Positions 1 through 14,006 of a stretch of DNA of 64,000 nt are shown here, piece after piece. Numbering within the stretch: the first letter of the stretch is position 1; each line of letters starts with the position of its first letter. Under the pieces are notes generated by a model. It ran no database searches. It had not been told where the DNA came from and saw only the letters and a list, made by a program, of their open reading frames with translations. The DNA comes from Blasia pusilla (Eukaryota), in NCBI GenBank assembly GCA_050084515.1, contig CM114271.1, forward strand, positions 27,776,001-27,840,000, written 5' to 3'. The position numbers and the translations under genes are program-made.

Positions 1-1865
1 ATGGATCTGGAGGATTGGAATGGAATTGGAGATCACAAGAGCCGTAATGAGATTCTTGAGAGTCGGTCGCTGCCTTGGAGGATCAATGATGATGTTCCGC
101 GCGCCCAGACCACCTTCGCACGAGAAAACCGGCAATCCGCACCGGAATCTGGTGGCTGACAAAACCCGAAACCCTCACCGTCCGCCCCGTTCACTTGGAG
201 GACCTTTGAAAGACAACAGCCAGTGAAAACACGTATACGCGGATGACGAAGTCGGCCGAACGGATATCGGTTCAAGGAGGTTTCAGTAAGATTGAGACTG
301 ACATAATCTGGGAGCCGATGTCAGCTGGTCCACTGTGCTCTAATCTCCAACATAACTCTTGTAGGACTTCAGCACATCGCCATGGAGCCACATCTCAAGA
401 TTAAGGACATTGTCTCAGCTTTTCAAGCTAGTACCTCCAGCTGCATCCATAATCGCCACCGCTGGAGATTGAGCAGGTGACCTAGAGTTCAAATCGTCCA
501 GCCCCAAATTCGCATTAGGTACACGACGGCAGTTAGGAAAGCGTTCCAGAAAATTCTCACTCAATTGCGTAAATCTCAAAAAGGACTTCGAGCATTGCTC
601 CAAAAAACGAAAGATAAATTCGCTCCAGATTGTTTGTATCCCTTCCACGGCAGCTTGTCGGTTACATTCTGAATCCAGACATCCGAGATCGAAGCCACAA
701 ACGATGCAAGGGATTCATGTGACTCTAGTAAAGTCTGAGACGAAGGCTCGATTAAACCACATGCAACAAGGAGTACTAATTGCTACTGGATGGACATACG
801 ATGAGGAAGAGGACGCGATGCTCTGAGCTCTGTTTCCGGACTAGTAAATGCACCACAAAGCTGTTCAGTGCACAAATCCACGAGGAATCTGAAGCCCCGA
901 ACGAACTTTATGTCGACCCCACAACCAGTCATACCAGAGGAAGAAGGTAGAAGAATACGGAAACACCGCTACATATCTAGCGGCACTAGGGTTTAACGCC
1001 GGTAGGCCCCGACGTTATTATTACATGAACCTACCATTCACTATAAAACCTGAATACACCCTTGATCCCGGTACCGAAAGTTCCGAAACTACTTGCCTGG
1101 ACCCTTGCTCATGACACAACTAATCCCAGGCTCCCAGCCACCCCCTGCTGGGCCTGCCTGCTTCCATTCTTTTCCCTCCCGACAAATTGTGTCACCGATC
1201 CATATATACTGTAGATGCAGCCTCCTATCTCATCCACCCGACCCGAAAAAGAAGAACAATAAAATACAAAAGAGTATGCACACCCGCATCTGAATCCGGA
1301 GCTGGGCCACGATGGCGTGGCCCCATTCCTCATCGGTATCCAATTTGTCTGTCCCGCCCGTGGCGTTGAGTTGTCAAAGGCTTGTTTCGTCAGATGAATT
1401 TCCAACACCGTCGGCACGCATTGCCAGCCAACCAGAGTCGACAGAGAGCGAACCTGGCTGGCCCTAATTTATCAGCTGCCTTGCCTACCCCAACCGATAT
1501 ATCTCGTATGCTAATCTGGAGTGGTACGTACCGAAACTGCTTTCTACTTACTACCGACTCCAGTAGTAGAGTACGGATTGGGCCCCACATCTTCCTGGAT
1601 TCGCGCCGTCGACGGTGTCATCGGACGGCCAGTACCGTAACCTCACCGGGAATGCTTCCCTAGGGAGCATGGCTCGATTTCTGAATTAATTAAAACGTAT
1701 GCGCTAACTCTAGAGTTGCTGGATAAGGATAGCGAATCGTGAAATTGCCCGCGCGTGAGGAGAAAGAAAGCATGTGCACAGTTGGGGGCGCCTAGTTTTT
1801 CGCAAGCAATGACTCATTCTCACACAAATAAATGGTTTATATTTTTGGAATTATATTTTTAATAC

Positions 1866-2596
1866 TTATTTACAAAGGCACAACTATTTCTTGTCCATGT
1901 TCTTTTTAGATTTTCATATTCTTGTGAAAAATATCTATGTAGATTCTCGTAACGATTCGGACATTATTCTCATTATAGTAAGGATGCACGCAAAATAAAA
2001 ATATATTTGAAAAACTAGTATGTGATATGTGAAGGGGAGAGATTAATTATGTTGCACATAAATTCAAATTTGTTTTTTGTTGTCCGTAACATGTGAAATA
2101 TTTTCTGCTGCCTAGTTGTCATGTGTCAAGCATAAAGATGTTTGCAAATCTCTCATAATAATATAGATTTTGGGGTTAGTTTCATCCCCTAGGTACATAA
2201 CTATTTGGGAGACCTCATGTATCTTGGAATTACACTCTTAAGAAATATTCCATTTTTCAACTTATCCCGTAATAAACATCCAATTCCTCCATTTTCTTAC
2301 CTAATGCCTAACCTATCTGTATAGTTAAAGCATCATGCCCTTTCAATATTCAATTTTTTCTTCTGTTCATATTTGGCATTTTTAACCAATCATATTTTGA
2401 CATATATCCTTGATAATTTAGAATCAACCAAAAATACATGAGATCTCCCAAATAGTCATGTACCCAGGAGATGAACCCAACCCCAAAATGGGAACAATGC
2501 CCGAGTCATTATGAGAAATCTAGATAAATGTTTTTCACAAGAATATGAAAATCTAAGAAGAACATGGACAAGAAATAGTTGTGCCTTTGTAAATAA
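1866..2596. repeat. Inverted-repeat (foldback/MITE-like) structure
   Basis: 1866-~1974 (ttatttacaaaggcacaactatttcttgtcc...) is the reverse complement of ~2487-2596, and ~2168-2227 is the reverse complement of ~2428-2487, each with scattered mismatches. Confidence 0.7.
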
Positions 2597-3227
2597 TAGG
2601 GGCCCATGGGATAGATTTGGGATTACTTAAGGGTGTGAGGGTAGGTTTGGGGCCAATTTGCAATTATCTCCTATTTTGTCTTACTACGCACACCATGTTG
2701 ACAACGATATTATACATTTGTGACTCAAGATAAACTCACACCCCAACACTAAGTTTCAACTTTTTCTTTTGCAACTTTGTTTGAAAGTTTCATCCAACTT
2801 CTCAATTCTAGTAAGAAGGGTAAGGAGGACGCTTTAAGGTCATTCTCTCTATATTCAAGTTCATGCTCCAATCTTAAGGTTGGTTCTTGTTAGGTTTGAG
2901 ATATTTTCTTATTTGTGCAGAAGAAGCTATGTTATTGCATATTATTCGCGTGAAAAGAGTTGAATATGGTACATTAGAGCAACTATGTATTTATGCAAAG
3001 AAAAAAATTAGTTGGCATGCGTAGAAGAGTATGAATGAATGAGGCATGAATTCCAATATTATCATATTGTCATAATATGTGCACTTTCCTTGCTAAGGAA
3101 GGAGAGAATTACTAATGATTTTATTAAAAGTGCTAGCACTTCCATTTGGGCTTATATAGCGTTGGATGTTGAATGTTCACTGTGTGAGGATGATTGATCA
3201 TTAAAGCATTTTGGAGAGTTTATGGGG

Positions 3228-3985
3228 CATCATATTTGAGGGGGAGGGGGAGGGGGAGGGGGCACCAAGATTCAAGAGTGCGGGTATGGTGGTGAATGTG
3301 TAAGGGGAGCATAAATGTAATAAGCATGTGGTGAGCTTTAGAAAAGAGATAAAGGGCAAATCCTACCCTTTCCATTAGCCAAAACGATTAAGCTCAAGCA
3401 AGGGTAGGAACAAAGGGGTAGAGTAAGAGCAATGTAAATTGAGAATCTCTTTATCTTGGCCATGAGGATTCAAAAGAAAAATTACATACATTTCCACATA
3501 TGTATTGATTCTAAGGGTCAATCATTGAGAGTTCCTCATTTCTTGACTTTTGGTGCTTGGATATGATCCACCAAATTGTTTAACATTATCATTGGATCTA
3601 TTTTGGCCTTCTCAATCTATGTCTTAAGCTCAAATATGGAAGATCTCTACCACCAAGGATATAGAGTGATAGAGCAAGGAAGGCGGTTGCAATTTTTCAC
3701 TCACACTTATCTTCAATGCCCTTTAGGAATTCTTACTAAAACCATAACAAGCCCATGGTAGGTTTTTATGGCCTCTAGTATTGAATGTTGACCATGCTTG
3801 TATGGAAAATTATAAATGCATATGAAGCATATACAAGACATCACATTTGAGGGGAGGGGTTGTCAAGATCTAAGACTGTGAGCGTGGTGGTGAATGCACA
3901 AGATAAGAGAAAATGAGGCAAGGGTGCAAGAAGTTTCAAAATTGGGCAAAGAGAACCATAAAAGAGCTCTAATCTTACCATTAGC
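3228..3985. repeat. Old ~610-bp direct duplication; the second unit is interrupted by the copia element and resumes at 14319-~14640
   Basis: catcatatttgagggggagggg at ~3228 vs catcacatttgaggggagggg at ~3839; ttagccaaaacgattaagctcaagcaaggg (~3375) vs ttagccaaatagattaaattcatgcaagg (14319). Confidence 0.6.
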
Positions 3986-4298
3986 TGTGGACAATTGCTA
4001 AACAAACATAAGAGGTGGAAAACGGTTCTCACACACACACCACCACCATGGAGAACGAAATTTGCAATGAGATAATTAGTGGAGGCTGGTCCTCTTCTCA
4101 ATTATATAGGATATGTACAAGCAACCCTAACCCTACCCTTAACCATAGTCTCGAGTTAGACTAATTGTGATTAACTAACCCTAGTTAAGATAATCGTGCT
4201 TAAGTGACTAACCAAGATTAAGCTTCCCTACTTCGTGTGAGTACCAAATATAGCAGTTCAAGTGTCTCATAAGCTTGACTGTAACTCAATCTTCGATA
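3986..4298 (-). repeat. 3' LTR of copia element (313 bp)
   Basis: Direct repeat of 14007-14318; adjacent PPT. Confidence 0.9.
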
Positions 4299-4312
4299 CT
4301 CCCCCTCAAGCT

Positions 4313-5039
4313 CATATCGATATCTCTAACGTCTAAATTTTTTCTAAACATCTCAAACTTATCTCTAGACAATGCCTTTGTAAAGATGTCAGCAATTTGC
4401 TGATCTATGCAATTTATAAACAAGATCAATTTCTCTTGCAAGCACTTTCTCTCTGATAAAATGATAGTGCACCTCAACATGCTTTGTACGAGCATAAAAC
4501 ACATCGTTATTAGCAAGCTTGATACTACTAATATTATCTGCATATATTACACTAGGTCCTAAGTTACTAACACTAATCTCAACAAGTAATCAATGAAGCC
4601 ACACTCGCCTCACATGATGCATTGGTTGCTCCTCTCTACTCAGCCTCTGTTGAAGATAAAGCAACGGTAGATTGCTTCTTTGAAGCTCAACTTATCGCTG
4701 CGCTTCCCAAAGTAAATGAATAACCAGATGTGGAGTGTTGATCAGACACGATTCTTGCCCAATCAACATCTGTGAATCCCTGTAATTGAAAACTCCGAGA
4801 AGGTTCAAATTCAAGTCCGAATTGAATAGAGAATTTCACATACCGCATAATCCTCCTCACAACATCAAGTGAGGTTTTCGAGGTGCTTGCATAAATTGGC
4901 TCACTAGACCAACAACATAGCTCAAATCTGGTATGGTTATAGTTAGATAGATCAAACTTCCAATCATGCATCTATACATATTAGAATATGCAAGCAACTC
5001 TCCTTCATTCACTCTTACCTTCACGCTCTAGTCCAATGG
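4313..5039 (-). pseudogene. Copia RT C-terminus / RNase H remnant
   Basis: LQGFTDVDWARIVSDQHSTSGYSFTLGSAAIS; CIDQQIADIFTKALSRDKFEMFRKNL; frameshifts and stops. Confidence 0.85.
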
Positions 5040-6041
5040 TGTCGCACCCTACTCTCCTTGAACGTCAATCTTTAGTGTTGCGGAAGCGTACGGTCAGTAG
5101 GTCACGAACTCATCACCGATCTGCACCCAAACACGCACTCTCGTTAGTCGGGTCTGGGCCAACCGGCGTTCCAATCCACCAAGTCCTCAACTCGGCGTCT
5201 CATCAAGCTCAACCTTCCTTAGTTCCTAGTTTCCAAAACATGGCAAGTCCTTCAAGACTTGGAACAGACTTCCTGGTTAGTCCAGGGATCTAAAACGACA
5301 CTTACACGCCTAGCGATCCCAACTGTTCAACGGTCCTCGGATGAGTTCTGACCCGAGACCCAAGTAATTGAGTCGCGGCGTGAAATCCAAGAGGGATGTC
5401 TAAAATCGCCTCAATGGACTTGGTGCAGGTTTTCCAACCCAACGCCCAAACTCGCGTTCCGTTCCATGCCCTTGAGTCGCCCCGCGGCGCCCAAAGTGGG
5501 GTTTGGGTTCCAAGCACTCTCGGAGACCTTCCCCCTTACTAGTACTTCTGGGGTTCTCCAATAACCCCTCCCCTTTGGGAAAAGAGGTTCGGGCCCTTCA
5601 TTGTGGCCCTCAACCCGACTCCACTTACAGTCGTTTTCGGGTCGTATCTTGGCCTCTGCTTATGCGTTTGCAGCGATCTTTGGTGCGTTTGGACCGGCTC
5701 TCCATAAGCTTTCCAACGCACTCTTATTTGCTCCAAACGTATCTCGGCGCTAAAAGTTATGACCATAAATACAGTCGGAAACTCTCAAACGCAAGTGGCG
5801 TTCCAAGTCCGGATCTTTCCTTTGGCAACCCACTTCCTAGACTCGACTTCTTTCAAGTCTCATTCCGCGTTTGGTCCAGGTGTCCGAGTCGCGACCATCA
5901 CATCTGAAACGCGACTCCTCGCTCGCGTCTCATCTCTTGTCTCCTCTTTGAGACTACTCCAACGCACAAACCATCTTAGCGTGAGCCCGCTAATGTTCCG
6001 ATGTTCCGCTTGGCACTTGTTTGGTCATGAGGGTCACGACA
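5040..6041 (-). repeat. 3' LTR of chromovirus copy 1
   Basis: tgtcgc...cacgaca; direct repeat of 11379-12380. Confidence 0.95.
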
Positions 6042-6732
6042 CTCACCCCTCTTTTAGAGATTGATGCCCTCATCAACGCAAACCTTTATTATATCAAGTC
6101 TCCTGGGCAGCCTACCCCTTGACATTGAATTGTGTTCTGGTGGCTAACCCGCAATTCCTCTTAGTCTTTAGTTGTCGCTTTGCCCCACTTAGAATTATTA
6201 GCCTCTCATCTTCGATAAGCCTGGACTAGTTCCAAGGAACTAACCTATCAAATAAGCTAACTAAGTGTGCAACCTTAGACTCTTTCGACTCATTACTGTA
6301 AAAAATCACACTGTTTACCTGGTCCACAAATCGTACTACTATTGGGTCGCTCTCGTATTCGACTTAGGCGCGTCACTAAGTTTACTTATGTGGCCACAAG
6401 TAAGATCACCCCAAGCCCCAAGACAGACTTCATCTGCCCCGCCGACGCTAGGGCGAGCCCGAGTGTAATCCAACACAAGGTCCTGTTCTAGGTGCTTATC
6501 CACATACGAGCTCTCACCTCAAATACTCCTTGTCTGTCCTCTTTTCGTACATTCTAAGTCTATGATGAATGACTCATAGCCATGCACTACCACATACAAA
6601 TTGCAATCAACACTGGTATTGAATCTCCAAATCCATACACTCCTTTATTGCAACATTAGCATATTCTAGTTACAACGGCCTTCGGCCCAAGATTCCAGTG
6701 ATTACAAGTCATGTCTCTAGCTTCTCCTCATA

Positions 6733-9700
6733 CTAACGTATGTGTTTCGCTTGTGTTCGCTTGAAGTCACACAACAACTCTTGCGCGTGTTCCAAATCGG
6801 CCTCCGCAATCCAAGTCGCCTCCTTCACATGATAGCCCTTCCATTTTACCAAGTATTCATACTTGTTGGCCCGACGCCTCGAACGTAAGATGGTCTCGAC
6901 CTCGAACTCTGGCTCCTCATTTACGATGACCGGGTGCGGTCTCACCACCTGTCTCCGCTCGAAACGTCCATTATCTTGAAGGTATTTCTTCAATAATGAC
7001 ACATGAAAGGTCGGGTGAATCTTGAACTCGTCCGGCAGCCTCAACGTATACACATCCTCAAACGGGTTTGCCACAATCACATACGGTCCAGCATACTTGG
7101 CAGACAGCTTTGTAGACAACTCTTTCGGAAGAGTGAGATTCTTCACACTCAACCACACTTGTTCTCCAACTTGGAATCGTACTTGGCGCCGACTCTTGTT
7201 AGCATGCTTCACGTACCTCATTTGAGCCTTTGCAAGACTTCGCCTCGCGCTCACTTCTCGTTCTCGCATCTCTACCAACAAACTTTCTACCGTCGCTTGT
7301 CGTGTTCGTGCCAATGTAGTACCCTTCGAAAGGGCTAGATCAAGAGGCCCTTCTGGCTCTCGTCCATTTGCCAGGAGAAACGGAGATTCTCCTGTTGCAG
7401 AATGCTTGGTCGAGTTTAGCGATATTCCGCCATGCTCGAGCCACTTGACCCAATCGCGTTGATCAAGACGACACATAATTCCTCAATCGATTCACGATAG
7501 AGTTTACCTTTTCAATGGTCCATCCGTCTATGGGTGGAAAGTCGATCTTGAAACTCAGCTTGGTCTTAAACCTTCAACAAGTGCTTCGAAAGCATCGGTA
7601 AACTTTGATCCCGATCTGAAACAATGCTCCTCGGCAAACCATGAGCACGCCACCAGCTATCGAGGAATAGTTGCGCCGTCGATACGCCGTTCGGAATCCC
7701 ACCGGCACGAATCTCGCCAACTTGCTAAACCGATCAACAATCACAAGTATAGCGTTGTATCCCCCAGATTCGAAGACTCGTGATGAAATCCATACTCACA
7801 CTTTGCAAGGGTCCTTCGGGGATCGGCAAGGGATGCAGCAAGCCTTGTTTCTTATCATAAGAGGCTCTATTCGCTTGGCAGGTCACACTGTGTCTTCACA
7901 TATTGAGCAACATCCTCCTTCATGTTGGGCCAAAAGAACCGCCGATGAGCGACTAGCGAGATTTCTCTCCTTTATGTCTTGCCAAGGGTCCGTCGTGACA
8001 TTCGGCTAACACCTTGGTTCACATTCTGCCTTGCCCTACATAGATCCTACTCTGTTTGAACCTTAGTAAACCGTGCCTCAAACTTATGTTGGCCACCTTC
8101 TCACCCTGCTTCAACTTCCTCAGGTATTCCCTTGCTTGAACATCCTTCATATATCCTTCACGAATCCTTCTCTCCAGATCTGTTTCCTTAGGGAACATTG
8201 CTCTCAAGACTGTGTCGCGTCGATGGCATGTGTTCCTCCTTGCAACTTAACGATCTGGAATCACATTATCTTTACCGGCTTGTGGATCAACTCTACATCC
8301 ATCGCCAAGGTATCATGCCACCGCAGATTGTTTCGGTGTCACTCGATCCTGGGTCTCAAAATACTTGAGTTATATATTATCGGTGAATACTCGAGTCCTG
8401 TGGAGCCCTAGATAATGCCGCCACTTCCTCAAGCAATGTTCCACCGCGAACAACTCTTTCTCGTGAGTAGGCCATCTCCTTTCAGTGTCGCTAAGCTTCT
8501 TGCTCTCATATGCCACCGGTCTCCCTTCTTGCACCAACATTCTTGCAACCGCGAAATCACTAGCATCGGTATGCACTTCGAACGGTTTGTCAAACTCCGG
8601 CAGCTTTAACATTGGTTCCTGCGATAGAATCTGCTTCACTCGGTTGAATGCCTCATTAACTTCCTGGGTCCAAGTTGTGTTGGAAAACTTTGCCGTCCAA
8701 TCCATGAGAGGTCTCACAATTCCCGAAAAGTTTTTCACATAAGTACGATAAAATTGCACCGCACCTATGAACCTCCTCATCCCCTTTACAGTGGATGGGG
8801 GTTCCCACTCGGAAATCGCCTTTACCTTTTCCATGCGGATCGACGCCATCTCAGATCGACCACGTGACCCAAGAATTTGATCTTACTCAAACCAAATTCG
8901 CTCTTCTCTACATTTGATCTGGTGATTTGCCCTTAGCTTAGACAAGACCGCTCTCACATGTCGAACGTGCTCCTCTAGTGACTTGAATAGATAAGTATAT
9001 CATCGATATAGATGATAACATACTCATCCATTTCCTTGTGAAAAATGGAGTTCATCAATGTGGTGAACGTCGGAGGCGCGTTACATAGACCGAAAGGCAT
9101 CACTACAAACTCAAAGGAACCGTATCTCGCCCGCCTACACGCAGATCTTCTCCACATCCGCCTCGGCAATCCGAATCTGGTAATATCGACTTCAAGTCAA
9201 TCCTACTGAAATATCTCGCGCCGCTTGACCTATCAAAGAGATCATTTATCCTTGGAAGAGGATAATTGTTCGAACCGTCACTTTGTTAGGTGTGCATGGT
9301 AATCAACACACTGACCTCATCTTTCCATCCTTCTTCTATACAAAGAGAACAGGTGCTCCATAAGGTGACTTGCTAGTCCTAATGTAACCCTTTTCCAAGA
9401 GCTCACTTAATTGCTTTTTCAACTCAAGAAGTTCCTCTGATTCAACCTATATGGTGCTTTTGAAGGCGGTTGGGAACCGGTATGATCTCTATCTTATGAT
9501 CGACGGCTCTATCGGCGGAAATTCATCGGAAGCTCATTTGTCAAGACATCCTCAAACTCTGGACCACTTCTGGAGTGGTTCGGGATTCCCCTTGAGGCAG
9601 CGTCCGATCTCTGCAGTATCTTGCTTGTAGCCTCCTCCACTTGTCTCATCAAGCAGAGAAATCCATCCTCCAACTCAATCATGCTCCTCCTTGTGATCGA

Positions 9701-11235
9701 GTTCACCAACTCCATCTTCGCTGGAACCTCACGGACCAACCGCACTTGTAACCGTTTGTCTTTTAGCAAGACGCTCAACCTCAATGGTCGGCGTCTTAAC
9801 TCCACCTCATACGCATCTAGGAATGTATTCCCCAAAACTCCGTCAATGCCGTCCATTTCACATACAGTGAAATTCACCTTCAACTCGAATACCCCGCATC
9901 CTACTATCAAACCCAAGACCAAATCAGAAGTCCGATGAGACTTGCCTCCTGCAAATCCCACTCGAATGGGCTCGTCCGCCTTAGAGGTAGATAGCCCCGA
10001 TTCCTTCACGATTCTCGGGCTTAGGAAGGAGTCTGCACACACTGTATCCACGAGCAACAACACATTGCGATCAGCAATCTTGGATCTTAGGTACACCAAA
10101 TTGTGCGTCCTCTTGGTGACTTGAAGGGACGTCTCCATATTGCCCGCCAACAGATGCTTAGCAGCAAACACAATCATACTCCCATTACTAACCTTCGGTT
10201 TCGAACACCCTTTCGACAGGTGCCCGGTTCGCCACAGTTGTAGCATACGACCTTGCCGTTCCTGTCTTTGAGTGTTGTCCTCCTTTCGGCCGCATGAAGT
10301 TCCACTGCGTTTTCTTTGCCGGGGCGACGACTCTCCTGGTTCGTCTTTGGCCCCCACTCCGCCTCTTTTGAACGCCTCCTTATTTTTCGACTTCTTGAAA
10401 AAACTTTTGACTCGAAGGGTTTCTGGGTTTGGACCTCATCGTCCCCAATCCGCTCCGCTAGCTTCAAAAGGTCCGCGAGCAGTCTCCGGCAACGTCGGCA
10501 TTCGATAAAGGGCCTTTCGGCGCTCGGCTTGAGTCCACTAATGAAGATAGCCTTCTTCGGCGTGCTCATCCATCTTCGGACTAGAAGTCGGTTTTAGCAC
10601 TAAACTCCCTCACATACGCGCTTAAGGAACCACTGCCGCATCCCGACGCATTCCACCGTGTCACGCAACCCTTGGTACTCGGAGTGAACCGATCCCCAAT
10701 CAACTCCTTGAACTCCTCCCAACTCGAGAGGTGACTCACCGCCCGGATATTCCTCTCGTTGAGCGGTCCACCATTGTAGAGCATGATCCTTCAGAAAGTA
10801 ACGGCTACCGTCATCTTGTCTCGCTCAGCAGCCTTCTGCGCCTCGTCTGATTCGATTCCGTAAGGGAAATCCTTCACTTTCGGCGCCCCACTCCGATAAA
10901 TGGCGTGGCAGGTTAAATCTTGCAGAGCTTTTGCCCCACTTTTCGGGTTCGAAAGTGGCCTCTAACTCGGAAATCCGCTTGCTTTGCTGGGACATCTGCT
11001 CCACCAACACCTTCAACAAGTCCAACGTCTGGCTTGACTCCGTCGTTTCCCCTGAGTTTGGGCCCACTGGCCCCGTGGAAGGAGTCGCCACTGGGACGTC
11101 CTCACGACTCGCGTTCAGCTCTTCGGGAGTCTCCGACTCCTCTATAGCTTCACGGTCCGGCATTGGTTCCTCTCTCGGTTCACGTCGCTTGATTCGGCGC
11201 TTCTTGGGTTGTTCTCCCTCGATCGCCATCTCCAA
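6733..11235 (-). pseudogene. Gypsy gag-pol with chromodomain (multiply frameshifted as assembled)
   Basis: ORF fragments 10825-11235, 10174-10569, 9509-10357, 8975-9169, 8370-8849, 6733-7476; chromodomain EFEVETILRSRRRANKYEYLVKWKGYHVKEATW. Confidence 0.9.
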
Positions 11236-11378
11236 GCCAACTCACTTAGATCTCCTCCTCGTTTCTTGCGTCCCTCCTCGAGCGTCCGAGTCTAGTTGCT
11301 ACCTTGAAATTTCCCAAGCGTCTGGCTGATCCCACGACCCCAACTTCTCGCTCACCAAGGATAAGCTCTAATACCACT

Positions 11379-12380
11379 TGTCGCGCCCCTACTCTCCTTG
11401 AACGTCAATCTTTAGTGTTGCGGAAGCGTGCGTTCAGTAGGTCACGAACTCATCGCCGATCTGCACCCAAACACGCACTCTCATTAGTCGGGTTTGGCCA
11501 ACCGGCGTTCCAACCCACCGAGTCCTAAACTCGGCGTCTCATCAAGCTCAACCTTCCTTAGTTCCTAGCTCCCAACACATGGCAAGTCCTTCAAGACTTG
11601 GAACAGACTTCCTGGTTAGTCCAGGGATCTAAAACGACACTTACACGCCTAGCGATCCCAACTGTTCAACGGTCCTCGTGTGAGTTCCGACCCGAGACCC
11701 AAGTAATTGAGTCGCGGCGTGAAATCCAAGAGGGATGTCTAAAATCGCCTCAATGGACTTGGTGCAGGTTTTCCAACCCAACGCCCAAACTCGCGTTCCG
11801 TTCCATGCCCTTGAGTCGCCCCGCGGCGCCCAAAGTGGGGTTTGGGTTCCAAGCACTCTCGGAGACCTTCCCCCTTACTAGTACTTCTGGGGTTCTCCAA
11901 TAACCCCTCCCCTTTGGGAAAAGAGGTTCGGGCCCTTCATTGTGGTCCTCAACCCGACTCCACTTACAGTCGTTTTCGGGTTGTATCTCGGCCGTTTCTT
12001 ATGCGTTTGCAGCGATCTTTGGTGCGTTTGGACCGGCTCTCCATAAGCTTTCCAACGCACTCTTATTTGCTCCAAACGCATCTCGGCGCTAAAAGTTATG
12101 ACCATAAATACAGTCAGAAACTCTCAAACGCAAGTGGCGTTCCAAGTCCGGATCTTTCCTTTGGCAACCCACTTCCTAGACTCGACTTCTTTCAAGTCTC
12201 ATTCCGCGTTTGGTCCAGGTGTCCGAGTCACGACCATCACATCTGAAACGCGACTCCTCGCTCGCGTCTCATCTCTTGTCTCCTCTTTGAGACTACTCCA
12301 ACGCACAAACCATCTTAGCGTGAGCCCGCTAATGTTCCGATGTTCCGCTTGGCACTTGTTTGGTCATGAGGGTCACGACA
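11379..12380 (-). repeat. 5' LTR of chromovirus copy 1
   Basis: tgtcgc...cacgaca; direct repeat of 5040-6041. Confidence 0.95.
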
Positions 12381-13680
12381 CTTTGGCTATCGTAGTCTGG
12401 TCATCTATTATTTTAATGAAATAATCATTTGCGTTAAACTTCACTTGATAATCCTGTTCTACTATCTGTCCTACAGAGATCAGATTTCTTGCAATGGTAG
12501 GAACATAGAGAATATTTCCAAGAGCACAAAGACCATCAAATGCTATTGGAACTTTACCGGTATGCGTGATATGATGTTGAGTGTCATCTCCTATCACCAC
12601 AATTGCAGGATCTTTCACTGGCTCCAAACTACTGAACCATTTAGCTTGTGCGGTCATTTGATTTGATGCACCAGAGTCAATGTACCAATCTGTTGTCGAG
12701 TCTTTCTTTATCATTGCTCCCATATGATGAGTCATGACCAAGAGATGCTCCGTTTGTGAATGTTGTTGTTCTTGGTACTGCTCTTGGTGTTGTTGCTCCA
12801 CATAATTTTGTTACTATAAGGCTCGTGTTCTCATATCCGCCTTCTTCTAGAAGCAAAAATTTGCATAGTGACCTTTTATCCTATTGTAATTGCAAGATCC
12901 AAGGACTCTCTACTGCTAACCTCGATCCCAACGGTTTCCACCATCACCACCTCGTTCGTAGTTGATTGAGTGACATTGTATTGAGTGCCTCTTCCTCCAT
13001 ATGCTTGATATCCACCATGACCACGGAAGTTTCTGTCACGACCTTTAGCCTCTGTTTGATCCATAACGTGCAAATAGCGCACTCTCTTGCAGACTAGACG
13101 AGCTACCGTTGCCTACTGGGCGCAGCTCTTCACTGATCAACAAAGGAACTAACTCTTGAAAGATTGGATACTTCTCTCTCACAGACATAGAGGTCTCAAA
13201 GGACTTGTTTTCCTTTGGAAGGCCTTGAAGAGTGAATAAAATCATATCATCATCTTCTAATGTCACTCTAATGCTATTCAAGTGATCAACAATATGTCTG
13301 ATACTCAAAATATAATCATTGATGCTCTGCGATCCTTTCCTCACTTCGTTCAATTGTTGTTTCAATTGAAGCTTTCTGGCCTTTGTAGATGTCTGCAACA
13401 GCTTTTCCAATGCATCCCAGGCCTCTTCGAATATCAACATCTTGGATGTGACCTATTATTGGCGAACTCATCGTTATTGAAATGTAGTGGATTACTTGCC
13501 TTGCGCGTTTGTTCCAAGCGTGAACATTCAAGTCTGTTGAGTCTGGCTTGGCCTCATCACTTGTCACAAGCTCCCATAGTTCTTGACCCATGAGAAATTA
13601 TTTCATGCAAAACTTCTAGAAATTGAAATTCTACTTGTCTAGCTTCTCGCCTATGATTGCTGCTGAGGAATACTCCATGG
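12381..13680 (-). pseudogene. Copia gag-protease remnant
   Basis: ARKLQLKQQLNEVRKGSQSINDYILSIRHIVDHL (UBN2 gag); DWYIDSGASNQMT...ILYVPTIARNLISVGQ (protease). Confidence 0.88.
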
Positions 13681-14006
13681 TAAACGATTTCACTCACAAA
13701 AACATAATTTCAGGCTTTCTACTGCTCCAATTAAAGCATAGACCACTCCTACACAGAAATTGATCTGAAATTTGCCAAGATTGATCAATTGTATGAAAGA
13801 GCTAGTCAAAATTGGCCCGTCGAGAGCAAACTGCACAACTTTTCTTCACTATTTGTACTTTTCAACTCTGAAATTGCTACTGCACGAGCTCAGAGTATCA
13901 GAATTGCGCGATTTTGGGTGCGTTGGAAATTTTGCCTTCTCTTGCCTCTCCTCTCTCTTCAAACACCAAGAATTTCAAGTGATGTTCTTCTCCCGCTCTG
14001 ATATCA

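Larger units (their letters stand above)
5040..12380 (-). mobile_element. Ty3/gypsy chromovirus, full-length, nested in copia
   Basis: Near-identical 1002-bp TG...CA LTRs 5040-6041 and 11379-12380; PBS tggtattagagc (11365-11376, minus); PPT aaagaggggtgag (6042-6054); gag with CCHC (CYNCGEPG), protease, RT (YIDDILIYS), RNase H (HTDASDFAV), integrase, GPY motif and C-terminal chromodomain. Confidence 0.95.

Noticed and set aside
1-1700. GC-balanced, coding-like stretch with minus-strand ORF fragments
   Set aside because: No recognisable domain and many stops; probably a decayed TE, but not assignable by eye
4988-6064. ORFs within chromovirus LTRs that recur at 11304-12424 and 57183-57715
   Set aside because: They recur only because the LTR is repeated; no protein features
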